Source of the DNA: Botryllus schlosseri
Lineage: Eukaryota
Assembly: GCA_051294905.1 (NCBI GenBank)
Contig: CM119372.1
Location: 1,736,001-1,800,000, forward strand
Length of the DNA stretch: 64,000 nucleotides
Direction of reading: 5' to 3'
Position numbers and translations under genes: made by a program. The first letter of the stretch is position 1. Every line of letters starts with the position of its first letter. The notes beneath the pieces are model-generated. The model did no database searches. It was not told where the DNA came from and saw only the letters and a program-made list of their open reading frames with translations. Below are positions 1-14,700 of this stretch, in pieces.

Positions 1-1326
1 CAAACATTCAACTCCATTCCGCAGATGCGCTGTCGCTTACGCAGTTCTGTAACACGATCCGCGCCTCTCCGATAACCGGCTTGCGGAAAGACTTGGGTCG
101 CACGACTGGGATGTCTTTTTAGTTTGCGTCCAACCGTGAAACAAGTCCACAACCTTTAGCTAGTTTTGGTGGAGGCTTACTTAACACGGTTTGTCAGTAA
201 ACTTGAAGGGTTGAGACGGTTTAATTACATCGTAAGGACGAACGTGTGAACGTTGCGAATTGATGTACGACCGCTGTCAGACTACAAGTAACTAGAATTC
301 GTTGGTTAGTTATCTGTAGTCAGACATGTTGTGACAAGTGAACACGAGCTTGGCTGAATGTGAACATTAGATGAAGTAGTTCATGTTAAATCACGTATCC
401 ATAACTTCCTCTAAAGAGCAACATGCTATGAACCGTATATCCAGCGTCAGTTTGCTAACCTGCTCTCTATACAAAAGAGCATCCTCTGTATGTCCGTCAT
501 TTCGCGATTTGCTCGTCATTAGAGTTTGCCAAAATGATTTTACTACTCGAATCGAAATCGAGTACAATTCTAATGATTCTAGGTTTACTGAAATTATAAG
601 CACCTTGTCACTAAAGTTAATGATTTATCAAGTAAAATCATAGTTTCGACACTATTTTCCATAGTGGAAGCGTTGAAACCTGGATCGGTCGTACCGCAGC
701 ATACGAAATCTGCAGTGTCAAGATACGCACGTCAGAGAAATTGCCATGTCTGTGAAGCCGTGATCGACCCACATCACTGCCACAAAGTGCAATGAAATAG
801 GTACGGTCGGAATAATACTCAGTACTCGATTTTGACAAGCCCTACTCACTCTACTAGATTATGAACGAGACGCCCTTAAAATAGTTACAAGCTCTGTCAA
901 TACTCGACATGTTTGACGGTGAATACAGGCTTATTGATCAATCTTCATAATTGAAATCCAATAGCGCGCAATGGCGATTATAAGTTTTTTGCTCAATTAC
1001 TATTAATTAACCTTATCCACACAAGCGTCTGGCAATTGCACAGCATGATGTGTCTGGCGTTAGTAATCAAAATATCTGATAAATATCAAAATATATTCGA
1101 CAATGCCATCAGCAACATGTTAGTGAAAACGACTTTCGTACCTGTTCACGGGTGTTGAGTCATTTTTTGGGGGTAATGTTTTATTTGCGTACAATTCAGG
1201 GACGAGGCATTGTAGCCAGAATGAAAACGAATTGGAGCGTAAAAGCCCCTGAAACCTGATCTCTGCTCGTCAGAATGCTCGCTTCACGAAATCACAAATA
1301 GTGGAAAAATTGTCAACAGTCTACAG

Positions 1327-2907
1327 CAGGGGTTCTCAACTTTCCTTGTATAACGGGCCGCATTTTAACAGCAAAAGACGCTGCGGGCCGCAGAACAATA
1401 TTACCTTGTATTCATGGGCTACTATTAAATTTAGGCTATTGTAGCCTATTTACCAGTCGTATACGGGCATTTAGTACATTTTTATGCATTATAAAGCATT
1501 AATGGACAGCGTTCGTAAGTTTGCATCTGCTGCTTGTGAGAATATGTATCTTTTAGCGGCGCATGTAAATCCCTTCATGGAGCGTGCATTACATTCGTTG
1601 CCAAGTTGGTATGGTATATGGAACTTCAAATCCTTCCACCAGAGAGCCGAACTCTCTGTTCCAATGCGTGGGCGAGCAAGTATAAAATTACGATAGCTTT
1701 TCCGTTACAGAGGCCATTATCACATTGAGCTCTGAGTGATATGAGAATACGTCTATTGTTTGAGGCCATTTCTGAGCAAACCAATCAACCCTTCTCCTTT
1801 CCGCCCATGCCTGGGGCCCTGCACCAATAGTTACAGAAGTCATATTTGTCAAGTTGATATTTTTCGTTGGTCCCCTCCCCACGTTTGCCCAGCCAGTATG
1901 TCCTCTGTATATATGTCCACTCTGATAAAATTCAACCAGATAATTATAATTAGTTATGCAATGTCGGTGGATTCGTCCAAGGCTGGGTTAAAGTAGTCTA
2001 CGCGGCAACGTGTTTCAGAACATGCGATAAAAGATTGACTGATATTTGATGTTACTCGTCTGGTCACGATTGAATCAGACGACTGTATCTTCGAAAGTTG
2101 TCAGGTGATGTTGTCCTTGCTGCTAAGTTCCGCAAACAGCAAATATTCGCAAAGTATGTTACGGTTTTATTGAAGTCACACCTTATATATCAGATTTCTT
2201 GGGTTTAGTGATATTCGAAGCAATTTTAAACGATGCGTCTGTAACGTCGTCGGCAATCTCAACAACCGTTCGCAGGGAGTCAAACACTCTTTAAAAGTGT
2301 AGGCATACTACGTGGCGGGATTCTCTTGAACCAGAGTCAAGCCGAATAACGATTCAAAACAATAACAATCTGAAGTCGAGCATATATCAAGAAACGAGAA
2401 CGCATTAAAGCAGTGGTTCTCAAACTTTTTTCAGACACGCCCCCCCTTTTTTATAGGGAAAAATTTCGTGCCCCCTTATCGTCATATAGCAAAATGCAAC
2501 CAGAATTCTAGCAGTACAAACGACTAGTTTGATGGCATGGAAGGTTATGGACGTTGATTAGAGAATTCTCAAATATGAAATTCAGACTATACACAGAGAA
2601 ATAACTATGAATTGGGGATAATTTGCGCGCAGCGCAAAATTTCTTTCAGTTCACCGCAGCTTTGCGCCCCCTTCAGATGCTTTCACGCCCCAAAAGGAGC
2701 GCGCCCCTCAGTTTGAAAACCACTGCCTTCAAGAATGAGCAGTCAAACGAAACAAAGACGGTGCGATAAAAGAGCTTAAGTATCAAAATTAATTTGTAAC
2801 AATACCGTGTCATTTGTAATTGCGTTTATAATGAAAGATGTCGCGGGCCGCAAAATACACGTCTGCGGGCCGCATGCGGCCCGCGGGCCGCGGGTTGAGA
2901 ACCCCTG
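1327..2907 (-). mobile_element. hAT (Charlie/SPIN/Buster-like) element with decayed transposase
   Basis: TIRs CAGGGGTTCTCAAC / GTTGAGAACCCCTG with a perfect 8-bp TSD GTCTACAG. Minus-strand relics DASFKIASNITKPKK (~2239-2195), IVTRRV and YFNPALDESTDIA (~1996-1957) are interrupted by stops and frameshifts. Confidence 0.9.
2411..2725. mobile_element. hAT MITE nested in the 1327-2907 element
   Basis: TIR CAGTGGTTCTCAAAC / GTTTGAAAACCACTG with a degenerate 8-bp TSD. A second copy lies at 44102-44377. Confidence 0.85.
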
Positions 2908-4652
2908 GTCTACAGCATCCCACCAGGCGTTAAACGCGTAAGCTTAATTTGTGAACATCCTGTAACATAATAGGGTAAAACGAATTGGCACACCTTTCGA
3001 GTGGCATATCAAGACGGCAGATAAGCTTTACTGAAGCGATCTGCCTAATGCATTTTACGGTTCGCCCACTGTGAGGATTTCTGGGTTCATATGCGAGGCT
3101 CTACTGATTGGTGATTGCTAATTAACTGGTTTACTCCATTCAATGGAGAAAATATTATGTGTTGGTATCATTTCTCATTTCTTTTAGAGATTATCTAATG
3201 AAAGACTGAACAACAGCACGGCGTTGGAAAATACCAGGTGTGTACGACTGTACGTACACTAACATTAGTCGTATATACTTTAACGCGTCTGTAAAGAGTC
3301 CATTGAATAATATATTCATATCGAACTGAACCCGAAAATAGTCGTGCTCATTTAAATGAGAATATACTATTCAATTGGAAATTGGAGTTCTGTACCTGCA
3401 ATAAGCTATAGAGAACGTGATTGAATTCGTATTTCGCAGCATACTTAGATAATAGCTACTGGTGCTGTTACATTATAAATTTACTATGCTGAGGCTGTTA
3501 TCTATTCTTCTAGTGATAACATGTCAGCCAATGCTCGATTCCTGCTTCTTGCTAACCTTAATTTGATTACTTACATCGCATGTGCCATTCTTGATTTGTA
3601 ACGCACTAAAACTAGTAGTTAAGCCTGTTTGATAAAGAAAAAGGTTATTGTGATTCCATATCCTATGTAGCTTTATGAACCTGGTCAGCTTACTAAAAAT
3701 ACTAGCAGACACTTCCTACATAATTGCGTCATAATACAATAAATCGGTATACGCCTATACAATATACAATTTATACATGCCCGTCAAACACAACAGGACG
3801 AAAGCTTTGCTTATCCAATGATATAGTAGATAACTGAGAAATCTCGACGAAATGGATGCATCACAATGAAACTGAGATAAATCGATCTGGTTCGCTTTGC
3901 TCTTGCTAAATCTTGCTCTAATCAAAACAAAAATCATTAACGAGGAGATGAATTCTATGAATTGCATTGGAAAGCATGAAATTTTGCATGGAAAACATTG
4001 TAATATTGGGCTTGAATAGGCTATGCTCCAATCGCGGTCCTATAAAATGGCTTAAATCTTATGTTGTTGTTTTGTGGTATTCATGGTGTTTATCGACTAC
4101 TATGGTCATTTACACCAGGCCGATATTGTTCATTATTTTCCGTAACTGCCGACTTATAGCTTAAATCTTATGGTTTCACTTCTATAGGTCCGTGACCCAA
4201 TAATATGAAGCATTTTAATAATATTTAATCTAGTATTCCTTTTTGCTATTTTCGAGTCTTTTACGATGTGATGTTGGGATTTTAGAAACTTATTCAATTT
4301 ACCTCTAATTTATTAATATGCAACATATGCATTACTTGGCCACGATGTGAACTTAAATTCTTACGTGATGACGAGTATTCCATGCACCGACGGTGGGATC
4401 ACCAGAGCCGTGAGGAATTGTGAGACAAGTCTGATAATGAATCGTTAAAGTACTGAAACATTCTCAAATTTATACGCAATATCGCTCTACGAGCATACAA
4501 TCTAAATACCGTGTGATACTGCTATTTTATAGGCTTCGGAACAAGAATAACTACATATATCCATTAAATCAGCATAATCACACAAGGTAAGGTAGTCGGT
4601 TTGGTGAAAGTAAATTGAAATCGTAGCAGTAGCACGACAAGGCTATTGGTTA

Positions 4653-5234
4653 GGGTTGTTCAAAAATAACTTTGTTCCGTATTCCGGGGATTCACTGATT
4701 AAATTGTTAGGTTGCCTACAAAACGCCGCACGCAAAATTTGGCTCGATTCCAACTGGTAGATGTGAACGCCAATGAATTTATTATAAATGTTTTTTCATA
4801 ATTTCAAATTTTGCTTTCAATCCATGAAATTATTGAGTTTTCTACAAAAACGATCCAAAAAGAATTTGACGCAGTTCCAATCCGCAGAAGTGAAGTTATT
4901 TGAGTTTTTCGTTAATAATTTTGGGATTAGCCAACCACCATCCAAGCTATTTTTGCGAATCCAAAATTTTCAACTTCAATAACTACATTACCAACGGTTG
5001 GAATTTAGAAAAATTGTTAGGCATCGTTCTTTTAGAAAACCTAACAAATTCATCGGGTTGGCAGTAAATTTGAATTTTTTTAAAATTTATTTATAATAAA
5101 TTCAAAATTTTCAAACTCATGTGCGTTTACAGCTACCAGTTGGAATGTTTGATGCGCAGCGATTTCTTTAGGCAACCCATTAATTCAATCAGTGAATCCC
5201 TGGAATCCGGAAAAAAGTTATTTCTGGACAACCC
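4653..5234. mobile_element. Long-TIR MITE, TA-flanked (Tc1/mariner-like)
   Basis: ~110-bp imperfect TIRs beginning GGGTTGTTCAAAAATAAC, with TA on both sides. Relatives lie at ~13135-13658, ~16101-16596 and ~36358-36864. Confidence 0.75.
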
Positions 5235-8200
5235 TACTGTGGATGTTTCAATCAGCATTCTTCCCTCTATCACTTACCCTCCTCACGGTGAGGATATCTG
5301 AAAGTGGCCAAAACATAAAACGCATGGAATTTTGGGATATGATAAATACGTAGCCTACCATTAAAAGTGCGCCTTCTTTGAGCGTAGCCCTTTTTCCCAT
5401 AGGTTGTTTTGCATGCTAGCGATCTGAGTGGAATACTATTTCCGTACCAAATTAAGTAAAGACACCCAACGGCTTAAAAATCTGTTTAGTCAATGTCCTT
5501 GCGTGTGCTCGTTCGTATTCCCACAAAGGGCGCTGGCATGCAACAGCTCTTGGGAACAATTTCATCACAATGGACGAGTTCACGGCTCGCTAAATCCCCT
5601 TTGTCCGGTGAAATAGCCGGGTAATTTACGGCAATTTTGTAGACATCCTACACTCTTGGACGACAATTTGGTAATTCGCACGAAGTTCACATCACGATAG
5701 AGGCTACGTGACAGTGTAAGGCTAAAATGGAATGGAAATTGTGATTACCACAAATTCGATGTAACTCACCCGTAAAAACCATGTAAACCAGATAGGATTG
5801 GCAATAATAGATGTCAGTGATCGTGATCATGGTTCACTATTTACACCTGCATCTATTCGGATAGTAAAATATGCATATACCAGACTTGGAAAACTAGATA
5901 ATTTTTGTTGTGCAATTAGACTTATTAGGGTGAAATGCCGATAATCAAATTCTAATTTAATTTGCGAAATGCTTCAATTCCCTCTGAATACTAAAGGAGA
6001 ACTATAAAGTGCGAAACGAGCGATTCTTAATAGTGCGAATGAACGCTGATTTGATATGAACTGAATTTGATTATTGCTGTGTTTCTTTCCAATCCGGAAT
6101 GCATTTGGACTATTATTCGCCACCCGTCATTAACTGCTACCCTTTCGAAGAACCTTGTTCAATATGCGTGCTAGTAAATTGAAATAATGGTTGGATGATA
6201 GGAGACCGTTGTTACTGTCGATTTACGATTTACGATTATTGCTGGTGTGGGTGACGGCCGCATTGACCGTTTTAACACATGAATTGTACAATGTGCAATT
6301 GTGCATGTTACACTACCAGTATACACGATAGCCGCAACTTATGCATGCAACATTATCGCTTTCACTTGATATTTTCAAGCTTTCCATTCTTGCTCGAACT
6401 AACCTGGTGTTCGTGGGATGCTTCATTGAATAGGTTAGTTATAACAGTTTGGTCGAAAGCTAACACTATTTGATGAAGCACTCCAAGGATACCTCTCTCG
6501 TGGACTGTTAACTTTGGAAAGTGTAAGCTACGAACCGGCTAAAACTCTTTAATATGCATGCAGTCTCGGGACTTTCACTCGTGAAATTCTTGTAACTATT
6601 CAACAACCATGTCGATGATATTAATTAGTCTGACGTGTATTTAGTTAATAGTAATATGATTCCGGCAGAATATCATATCAATAGTACGATAGAAAGAAAT
6701 GATGTCAAGTAGCTTTGCCGCATTCAGATTTACTATGAAATAATTTGGAGAAAAACATTAGTATTCTTAAAGACGCAAAAAGCAGGTGCTATATTTCAGT
6801 TTCGATATGAACGTAAGATAGCTAAACTAAACGCTGTGCTTTTTATTCGGAAAAGTAGGGTGGACGTTTAATGGATTTCTCCAATATTCGTCGTCCATCT
6901 TCCTTTCTGAATGTGAAGAGCAGCGTACTCTCGTCTGACGCTGATAAGCTGTTCAAGGCATACAGCCCTCCCTGGTCTAGTTTTTCATGCGACTGAATCA
7001 ATTCTGTATGACGATATTGATTGCAGATCATCCCCTATGCAATTGCGCGTACATGAAGAATGAATCGGCAGACCAGAGACACAGGTTGAATGTCGTGAAG
7101 GCCCGCTGTTGCTGAGCAGCAGTACAGAAACTCATGAGCCTGAATCGTAAATTGTCACAGTGCGTCATGTACAATGTGCCCGAGCCCGAGGAGCGGGATC
7201 TCGGTCTGAGAAGCAAGGACTTGCAAACTAGTTTGCATGTTGTTGTTGTTATTATTATATTTATTATATTATTATTATTATAATACACGGCAGTGGCGCG
7301 TATGTACTTTTGAGGCTTTGTGCACCGCGGCACTGATAGTTTCATGCATGCGATTGTGATATTGAACCACGTGCCCCACCTAGCGTATTTGAAATTTTCC
7401 GGTAACTCGTAAATGTGCGTTCGTTATGACGACCAATCTTGTTGAGCTGGTTCGTTCCATTTCATTTGCATCATGTCTCAATAAACGACCGCAAATACAG
7501 AAAAGTACTCTCAAATTCCAGTGCAAAAGAGAATCGTCAGCTCGTACCGAGTAGAATTTGAGAATAGGAATTTTTTCCAAAATGATGCACCTATTGATAA
7601 GAAGGCGGCTTAAAAAATGCCAGTGGTGGAATGAAGACAAAATACAGCATCTTCTGTTGAATGAACGCTAGTCAAAGCTCAAGATAACCTACCCACGTTC
7701 TGATTTTGCCCACCGACACAAGCCCCTTCTTCCGTTACTAACAATTGTGTGCACATGACTCTTACATATGTGTATTCCATTGAAGGCCGATTACAAGTCG
7801 TTTCCGCTGCTTTCTATCTTTTCATTGTGTCGCAATCACGCGGAATATTGAAATGATGAAACTATTAATAATCCGACCTGAATGCCTCCACGGTGCAGTG
7901 CGCATGGGAGCGAAACCAAGGCAACACATGTATTTGAAGTATAAATATATATTCGTATTACGATTGGAACGCCATAGCGCCACTCATGAAATATATACAC
8001 TCGGTTGAAAGCAGGAAAGGATAAAAAATAAGCAAAGATCTGGAAACCCAGTGCAACATCATTGAAGAAAGGATGTAAGCCATTGCTAATACTGTGCATT
8101 GTGTCAACTGACTGAACAACTTCATCAGGGCAAGGGTCATCGAGATAACCGACATCACGACACCTCCGTCTGCAGCACTCCCGTAACTCCTATGCTTTTT

Positions 8201-8723
8201 CGGAGTACTCGAGTAGTTATGTTCATAGACTATTTCAACTCCAACTTGAACAGATTTCCAGGAGAGACTACTTGAAAATTTTGCATTTTGATCAGTAGAA
8301 AGTAATTTTAGGATAACTTTGCATCACTTTTGCGTGAAATTGTCATAAAAACTGCATGCGACAGCTTCCTGTGTCCCGGAAACCAACTACATGCTTTCGA
8401 AGATTCCGCCTATCTGCATTGTCAACAGTCATTTTACATTGGTCGCTTGGTCGCTTAGACACATTTGGCCATTTTGAAAGAAGACATCTCCGTAACTGCT
8501 ATAAGTACGCGGCCCCTTGATAAAATCTACTCTAAACTTTTCGAACTTTTCATGTTTTACTTCTATTAGAAATTATGTAAACATTTCTACTTACGAAACA
8601 AGGCTGCCTACCTGGACCGTCTTTACTTGTGACTTAAATACTGTGATGTTATTCAAATGAACACTGCAGTAAACGAACGCAATACCTAGCAGTGCAAGAA
8701 CATATTGTTCAGACACGAAAATT

Positions 8724-11700
8724 CTATTGCTTAGACTGCGGCTTGCTGTTGGTGCCCCAATCGTACTGCATGAAAGTGACCTTGTAGTTGCGATCCTGCA
8801 TCAGGCTGGACAGATGACATTTCTTGTTGCAGTTGGCAGGTAGGCAATCGTAAACCCACTGGACAACCTGAAATCGGAGCAAATAAGAATTTATAACGTT
8901 GTGTTGGCCGCGGACTTAAAATTAGACTGATTAGGACGAAATACCGATACCACTATTACAAATTCAAACTTCATGACAGCTGGACAAAAGATCCCCCGTG
9001 GCAACATAATACATTTTTGGAATATTGCACCTATTTGCAGGGTTGTAATGACTCGAGTCATGTCAGTGAGTCTACTCGGGTACGACTTAGTCACGATTTT
9101 CAAATGCGTAAAATGACTCGACTCGACTCAGGTCAATTTCTGTATTGACTTGACTTGTACTCGAGTCATTGCGCACGACTCGAACCAAGTCATATGACTC
9201 GAGACTAGGACAGCCAAGACATACATTTCAGTGTAACTTCGAAGGATAATAAAGTCACCACATGATTGGTATTTCTATTGGTATTTCGTCGTTTAGTCCT
9301 GATACTTGGAAAATAGGCCCAGAAACTGTTAGGACTGAGGAATATTACGATATTATGAATGCGAGTCATTCTATATCACTCGTGCAAAGTTAAGAAAAGT
9401 GGGTTGAACTCAATACTGAACAGTGAACATAATGACTCGGACTCGCCCCTCTACTGACTAAATCACACTTCATTAGGTGGTGAATTGAAAATGAATCGAC
9501 TTGACTCGAGTCAAAACTGCAAAAGTGAGACTTGGTTACCACCGCGGTAACATATGTTAATGAAAGTAGAACATATCATATCAACTCTTTATGAAAGCAC
9601 CTGAGCGTTATCAGCTCCGAAATCGCATTTGTACCAATCCATGATCTTGCTCAGTTTGACAAGTTTCTTGTCCGCGTCAACGCCACAGCCATCTTCTCCT
9701 TCCAAAAACGCCTCTGCCGCACAACGCAGCTGTTCCATTATTCCCTAGGATACGAAACAAGGCTGCTTCAGAGACAGCAGATGATTGTCAAGAGACAATG
9801 CCTACTAATAGGACTCGGCGCGATCCAATGATTCAAGCACTCAGATCTGAATCGAGTATTAATACTAAGAATTCGAATAGAGTAACGAGATATGATCGTT
9901 TCGAGTACTGAAATTACACGCCCCCCGCCAGTAACAGTTAATTTCATCAACAAGTTATAGTTTCGATACTAACTTCCACAGTGGGAGCCTTGAAACCTTG
10001 ATTGGTCATATCGCAACATAGAAAAAACATAATGCAATAGCTAATCTCGTCACTTAAAATGACCTTTCTGTGGAGTTGCGATCAACCCACAGCGTTGACG
10101 CAAAGTGCAATGAAATGGGCGTGGTCGAAATAGTAACAAACTATCGTTAGGTGATGTAGAACTGGCATCGAAAATGTCCTCCATTACTGCATTTCGTCCT
10201 CCTTTACAGCTTTAACAGCTTAGATAATGGACAGAGTGAACAGAAAACCGGCATAAATGACGTCAAATAGATAATGCGGACGTTCGAGCGGATCAGTCGG
10301 GAGTCAAATGAAAGTGATCGACCTTTTTTTTAGTCAACACAACAAGATTTCCAGTAAATATCCGAAAATCAGCTATTTTCAATTTCGGTAAACTAATTTT
10401 TACGGTTTGGTAAAAGTGTCCTCTTTTCCCGATTCCTAAATATGCTAACCCCGGTGATACTCTAATAATAAATCAAATAACTCAAGTACTCGATATTGCC
10501 CAGAGCTACTAGCTACGCAGAGTTGAGGCTTTTAGCAATATAACAAATTGAGCATGAAGAGATCACAACAGAGGTAGAGAGATAGACTGCAATTGTTTTC
10601 ACACTCACGACTCACCGCAACAGAAATGTGATCATTTCCTTTATTATCAACAAGCACGACACATACAGCCGTACATTGACTAATATTCAAACTCACATTG
10701 GCGGAATAGGTCTTTATCGGCGGACAGCTTTTAGCTCCGCACACCAGAGCGAAATGAATCAGAGGCTCGGGTTTTTCTAAAGCGGCACGCATACGTGGGT
10801 CGGACTTGGAGAAAGGTCTGGTCAACATCCCAACACCCTGAAATAGAAGTGTCAGCAGCCAAGAGTTGCTACGCAAAAAGAAATAACGCCGTAAATGTCA
10901 TTTAATCACTAGTACCAATTTCTAAGACATGACAAAACTGCGTCAAGGGGCAAGTAGAATATGAAAGGCCTGAACAAGGGTTGTAATGACTCAACTAGCA
11001 ATTTTTGGCGACTCCACTTGCCTACAAGTAGTATCTTAATTATGGACAGTCAACGTAACAATTTTAGGCAGTAAAATTTTGAAGGAAAAAGTTATTTTTA
11101 ACAACCCTAAAGCGCATCCACGCAGAATGACTCGCAATTCCACGAACACAGATTCGCACTTTTAACGCTATCTTAGTTTCCTACATGTAATAGCTATTAC
11201 TTTTGCGGAAAGCAAGCGAGCATGATAGACGATTTTTATTCATCATAGTCCTGCGTATTGAATTGTTCAAATTTATCGATACCTACTAATTGCACGGTCA
11301 TTAGCAGAGTCATGGAAATGCCGCATATTATAATATCGAATGACTTGCAAATGTTTCGATCCCTTTTCAGAAAACGTTTGCATTTCAATATCTAGTCGAC
11401 AGAATTTGTCACGTCAGCATGCGATATAGATGCTAAATATTGAGTAATTTATTCATGTTGACATAGACCCGGACATTTTCGGTTGACATTCGTCAGCAAC
11501 TAGTAGACAATTGAAAAAAAAACATTGTGCATCAACAATCGCATCACCAAATACGACTCGCCGGCATGAAATTTCAAATAATAGAAGCAAAGAAACAGCA
11601 AATATATATCTGAAAGTGGTCAGCTTCACAATGCCTCTCAAAATGATTACTGTCAAAGTTATAGCAACAGTGCTCACCTTACGGTTCGAGCGTAAGACTC

Positions 11701-14700
11701 CGTTTTCAATGTCTTGCAAAGAGTAGTCATGTCCACCGATGCGATACGACGCAGAGTTGAAAAACTAGGGTAATAAAAGATATATAAATTGGAAGTCACA
11801 TCTTGCATGGTTCGCAAAGTAGCTAGCAGACTTGGATAACTATATAATTCAATCTCAGTTCGGATTTGGAAGAAAACTACGCCGCTATAATTCTAGTCCT
11901 AACCTATTGATATGAACTGAAATTGTTTCAATTATCAAATCCATCAATTATAATTCTACTCTAACTTGGAAAAATAGTAGTTATAATTCTAATTCTAATC
12001 TAATTTAAAAAGCTGAAAATTTTATAGTTATCCAGCTCTGTATGTAGGCAGCTTTAGTCCAAGCGATACTCATCATTTGAGAGGAGATGAATAATTTCAA
12101 CGCGATATACTCACCTTATATCTTTGCCATGTTGTTGTAGGTATTCCTAGCATGACATTGGCATGGATCACGAGAGCGTTATAAATATTGATGAAAAACG
12201 CAAGTTTCTCTTCCCTTGTCATGTCTTCTACCTGAATGGAAGATTGGAAACACTTCAACTCAGCTCAGTAGAGCAATGTCCAGGATCTATGCAAGGCTTC
12301 ATAAATATAGGGCTGGTCACAATGATTGTGTACTCCAATCTGAATAGGGTGTTAATCCTTCTAATGATCCAGTTTGAGTAAAGAGAGATCATCTTTTCGA
12401 ATACTGAAATTACACTCTCCTTGCCACTAAAAGTTAATTTATCAGTGGGAATGACAGTTTCAAAACTTTTTTCGATCATGGAAGCCTTGAAACCTCGATT
12501 GGTCATATCACAGCACACGAGCATGTAGTGCAAATCTACACACGTTAGTGGAAATGACATAGCTGTGAAGTCTTAATCAACACACAACAACAGGGATCAC
12601 ACTCAAAAATTTATTACTGTTATATCGAACAAATTCGGCAGAACTTTTGACACTTACGTTGAGCCTTTGCAATTGCCCTGTCGATTGCACATAGTCGCGA
12701 AACAATTCGCTGTCTTTCATCCCTTTATAATCCACATACTTGCCGTCGGGAGATAGGAACTGACCGTAGAGTTTCAGGATGTGTTTTCTCAATTGTACCG
12801 CGAGTGCCGACGCTACAAAAGAGAAATAATCGTATCAGAAAAGCGCGACATCTTAACCTGCTACTAAACAAAGGCGAAACATCGCTCGAAGTATGATTGA
12901 AAGTCGGATAACTAGAAAATTTACAGCTTTTCCCAAATATATTAGAACTAGAGTTATAACTACACCGTTTTTTTCCAAGGTGGATTAGAATAAGAAAAAC
13001 TGAATTCTAAAAACACTGGGAAATGGAATTAACTTATGAACTAGGCCTACATAGAGCAACAAAAACCAAGTTCAGGTCATACCAAATATGAGCTCATTCT
13101 CATAAGCACGAGGATGGCAAATGCCTGTACTTGTGGGGTCTTCAAAAATGACTTTTTTTCTCAAATCGTACTGGCTACTTGATAAAATTGTTAGGTTACC
13201 TAATTCAAGCCTACACCAAATTTGGTTCAATTCCAACCAGTGGAAGCGGAGTAATTGCCGTCGAAAAATATGGATTTGAATAAAATAGTATTTACGGTGG
13301 GCACCACTATAATAAATACCGGTAATCAAGAATTGGACACCGTAAACACTATTTTATTCATAATCCAAATTTTTCGACGGCAATAACTCCGCTTCCACTG
13401 GTTGGAATTGAACCAAACTTGGTGAACATCGTTTCTATAGACAAGCTAACACGTTCATGGGGTGAACAGAAAATTTTGAAATTTTTGGTTACCGGTATTT
13501 ATTTTTATATAATAAATAGAAACTTTCTTCTCCTGTATCAATGCGGCTACCGGTTGGAATTGAACCAAATTTGGTGTGCAGGCTTAAATTAGGTAACCTA
13601 ACAATTTTATCAAGTAGCCAGTACGATTTGAGAAAAAAAAGTCATTTTTGAACACCCCTACTGAACTGGTACACCAATCGTGGCTCGTTTCGCACTATAC
13701 AGCTCTCCCGTAACATTTAAATTAGAAATTAGATCATAATTAAAATGGGACCATAGAAACATGTCACAAATCAGATTAGAATTACATTACCGGCATTTTG
13801 CACTAAATAGATGATTCCAAGTTAGGTATGATCGAGACTGAAAACCCTCAATGGCCAATTCTACTTATCACTACATCCTACAAATATACACCAGTAGGGT
13901 TTAGCATCAGCAGCGGTTATACCACTCGAATATTCGAGACATACTCAAAATCTATGTGGCTTTAATGATTATGAGCTTGAAAAGTCGTGCTTTTCCCATC
14001 GACCGCATCATACTTATACTTGAAATGAAACAGCCCAGGGCCTGTCTTGAAAGGCACAAAGTTCATTCAAACTTGAGTAAGCACACTAGCCACAACTCTC
14101 AATAATACACAGGCAAACCAAATCACAAAAACAACAAAATATTTCTACGGCGATTCACATAATAATGCATGACTAGTCTACGACGGACAGGCGCATTGAT
14201 ATTGCCAGCAACAAGGGGATATGAAAACAAGTTTACATTACAGCCCAGGTAGAGTTTACATAATTCAATTCAAGTTTGTACCGGCAGTGCTTTGCGTAAA
14301 TCCAGTCCGAAATCCATATTATCGCTCCATTTTTCGACCATAGATAACTAACCTACAGATAGACGGCAAACACATGACACCACCAGCCGCAGACTTGGAA
14401 AACTGGATGTTTCTATTTGTCTAATTACACTAATTAGTGCGAAATGGCTGTAATCTAATTCTAATCTAATTTGTGAAATTTCCACGACTCTCATTTTAAT
14501 TAAAATCTAATTTTTGGTGTCCCTGAAAATGATACAGCAGAACCGTATTCAATTGAATAGCATATTCATATGAAAATAAACCCGGATATTTTCGGCTGAC
14601 ACTCGTCAGGGGTAATCGATTGTTGATATACAATGTTCTTCCCAATTCCCTACTAGTTGCTGACGATTACCCCTGACGAGTGTCAGCCAAAAATATTTGG

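Noticed and set aside
5460..5850. Exon-like segments with plausible splice sites (MITITDIYYC...)
   Set aside because: The joined frame stops within ~12 codons. It could be non-coding RNA, but nothing supports that.
6843..7345. Two abutting minus-strand ORFs in a GC-richer patch
   Set aside because: No recognisable motif. Reading through the TGA meets another stop quickly, and I could not build a consistent exon chain.
9046..9530. Regularly recurring GACTCGAGTC motifs resembling a CRISPR-like array
   Set aside because: They are subterminal repeats of a hAT MITE family with TIRs and TSDs. There are no constant-length repeats with unique spacers, and the context is eukaryotic.
14280..14352. 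Possible extra exon in Grx gene intron 9
   Set aside because: The phase-1 frame has stops, and the open frame is phase-incompatible with exon 10.
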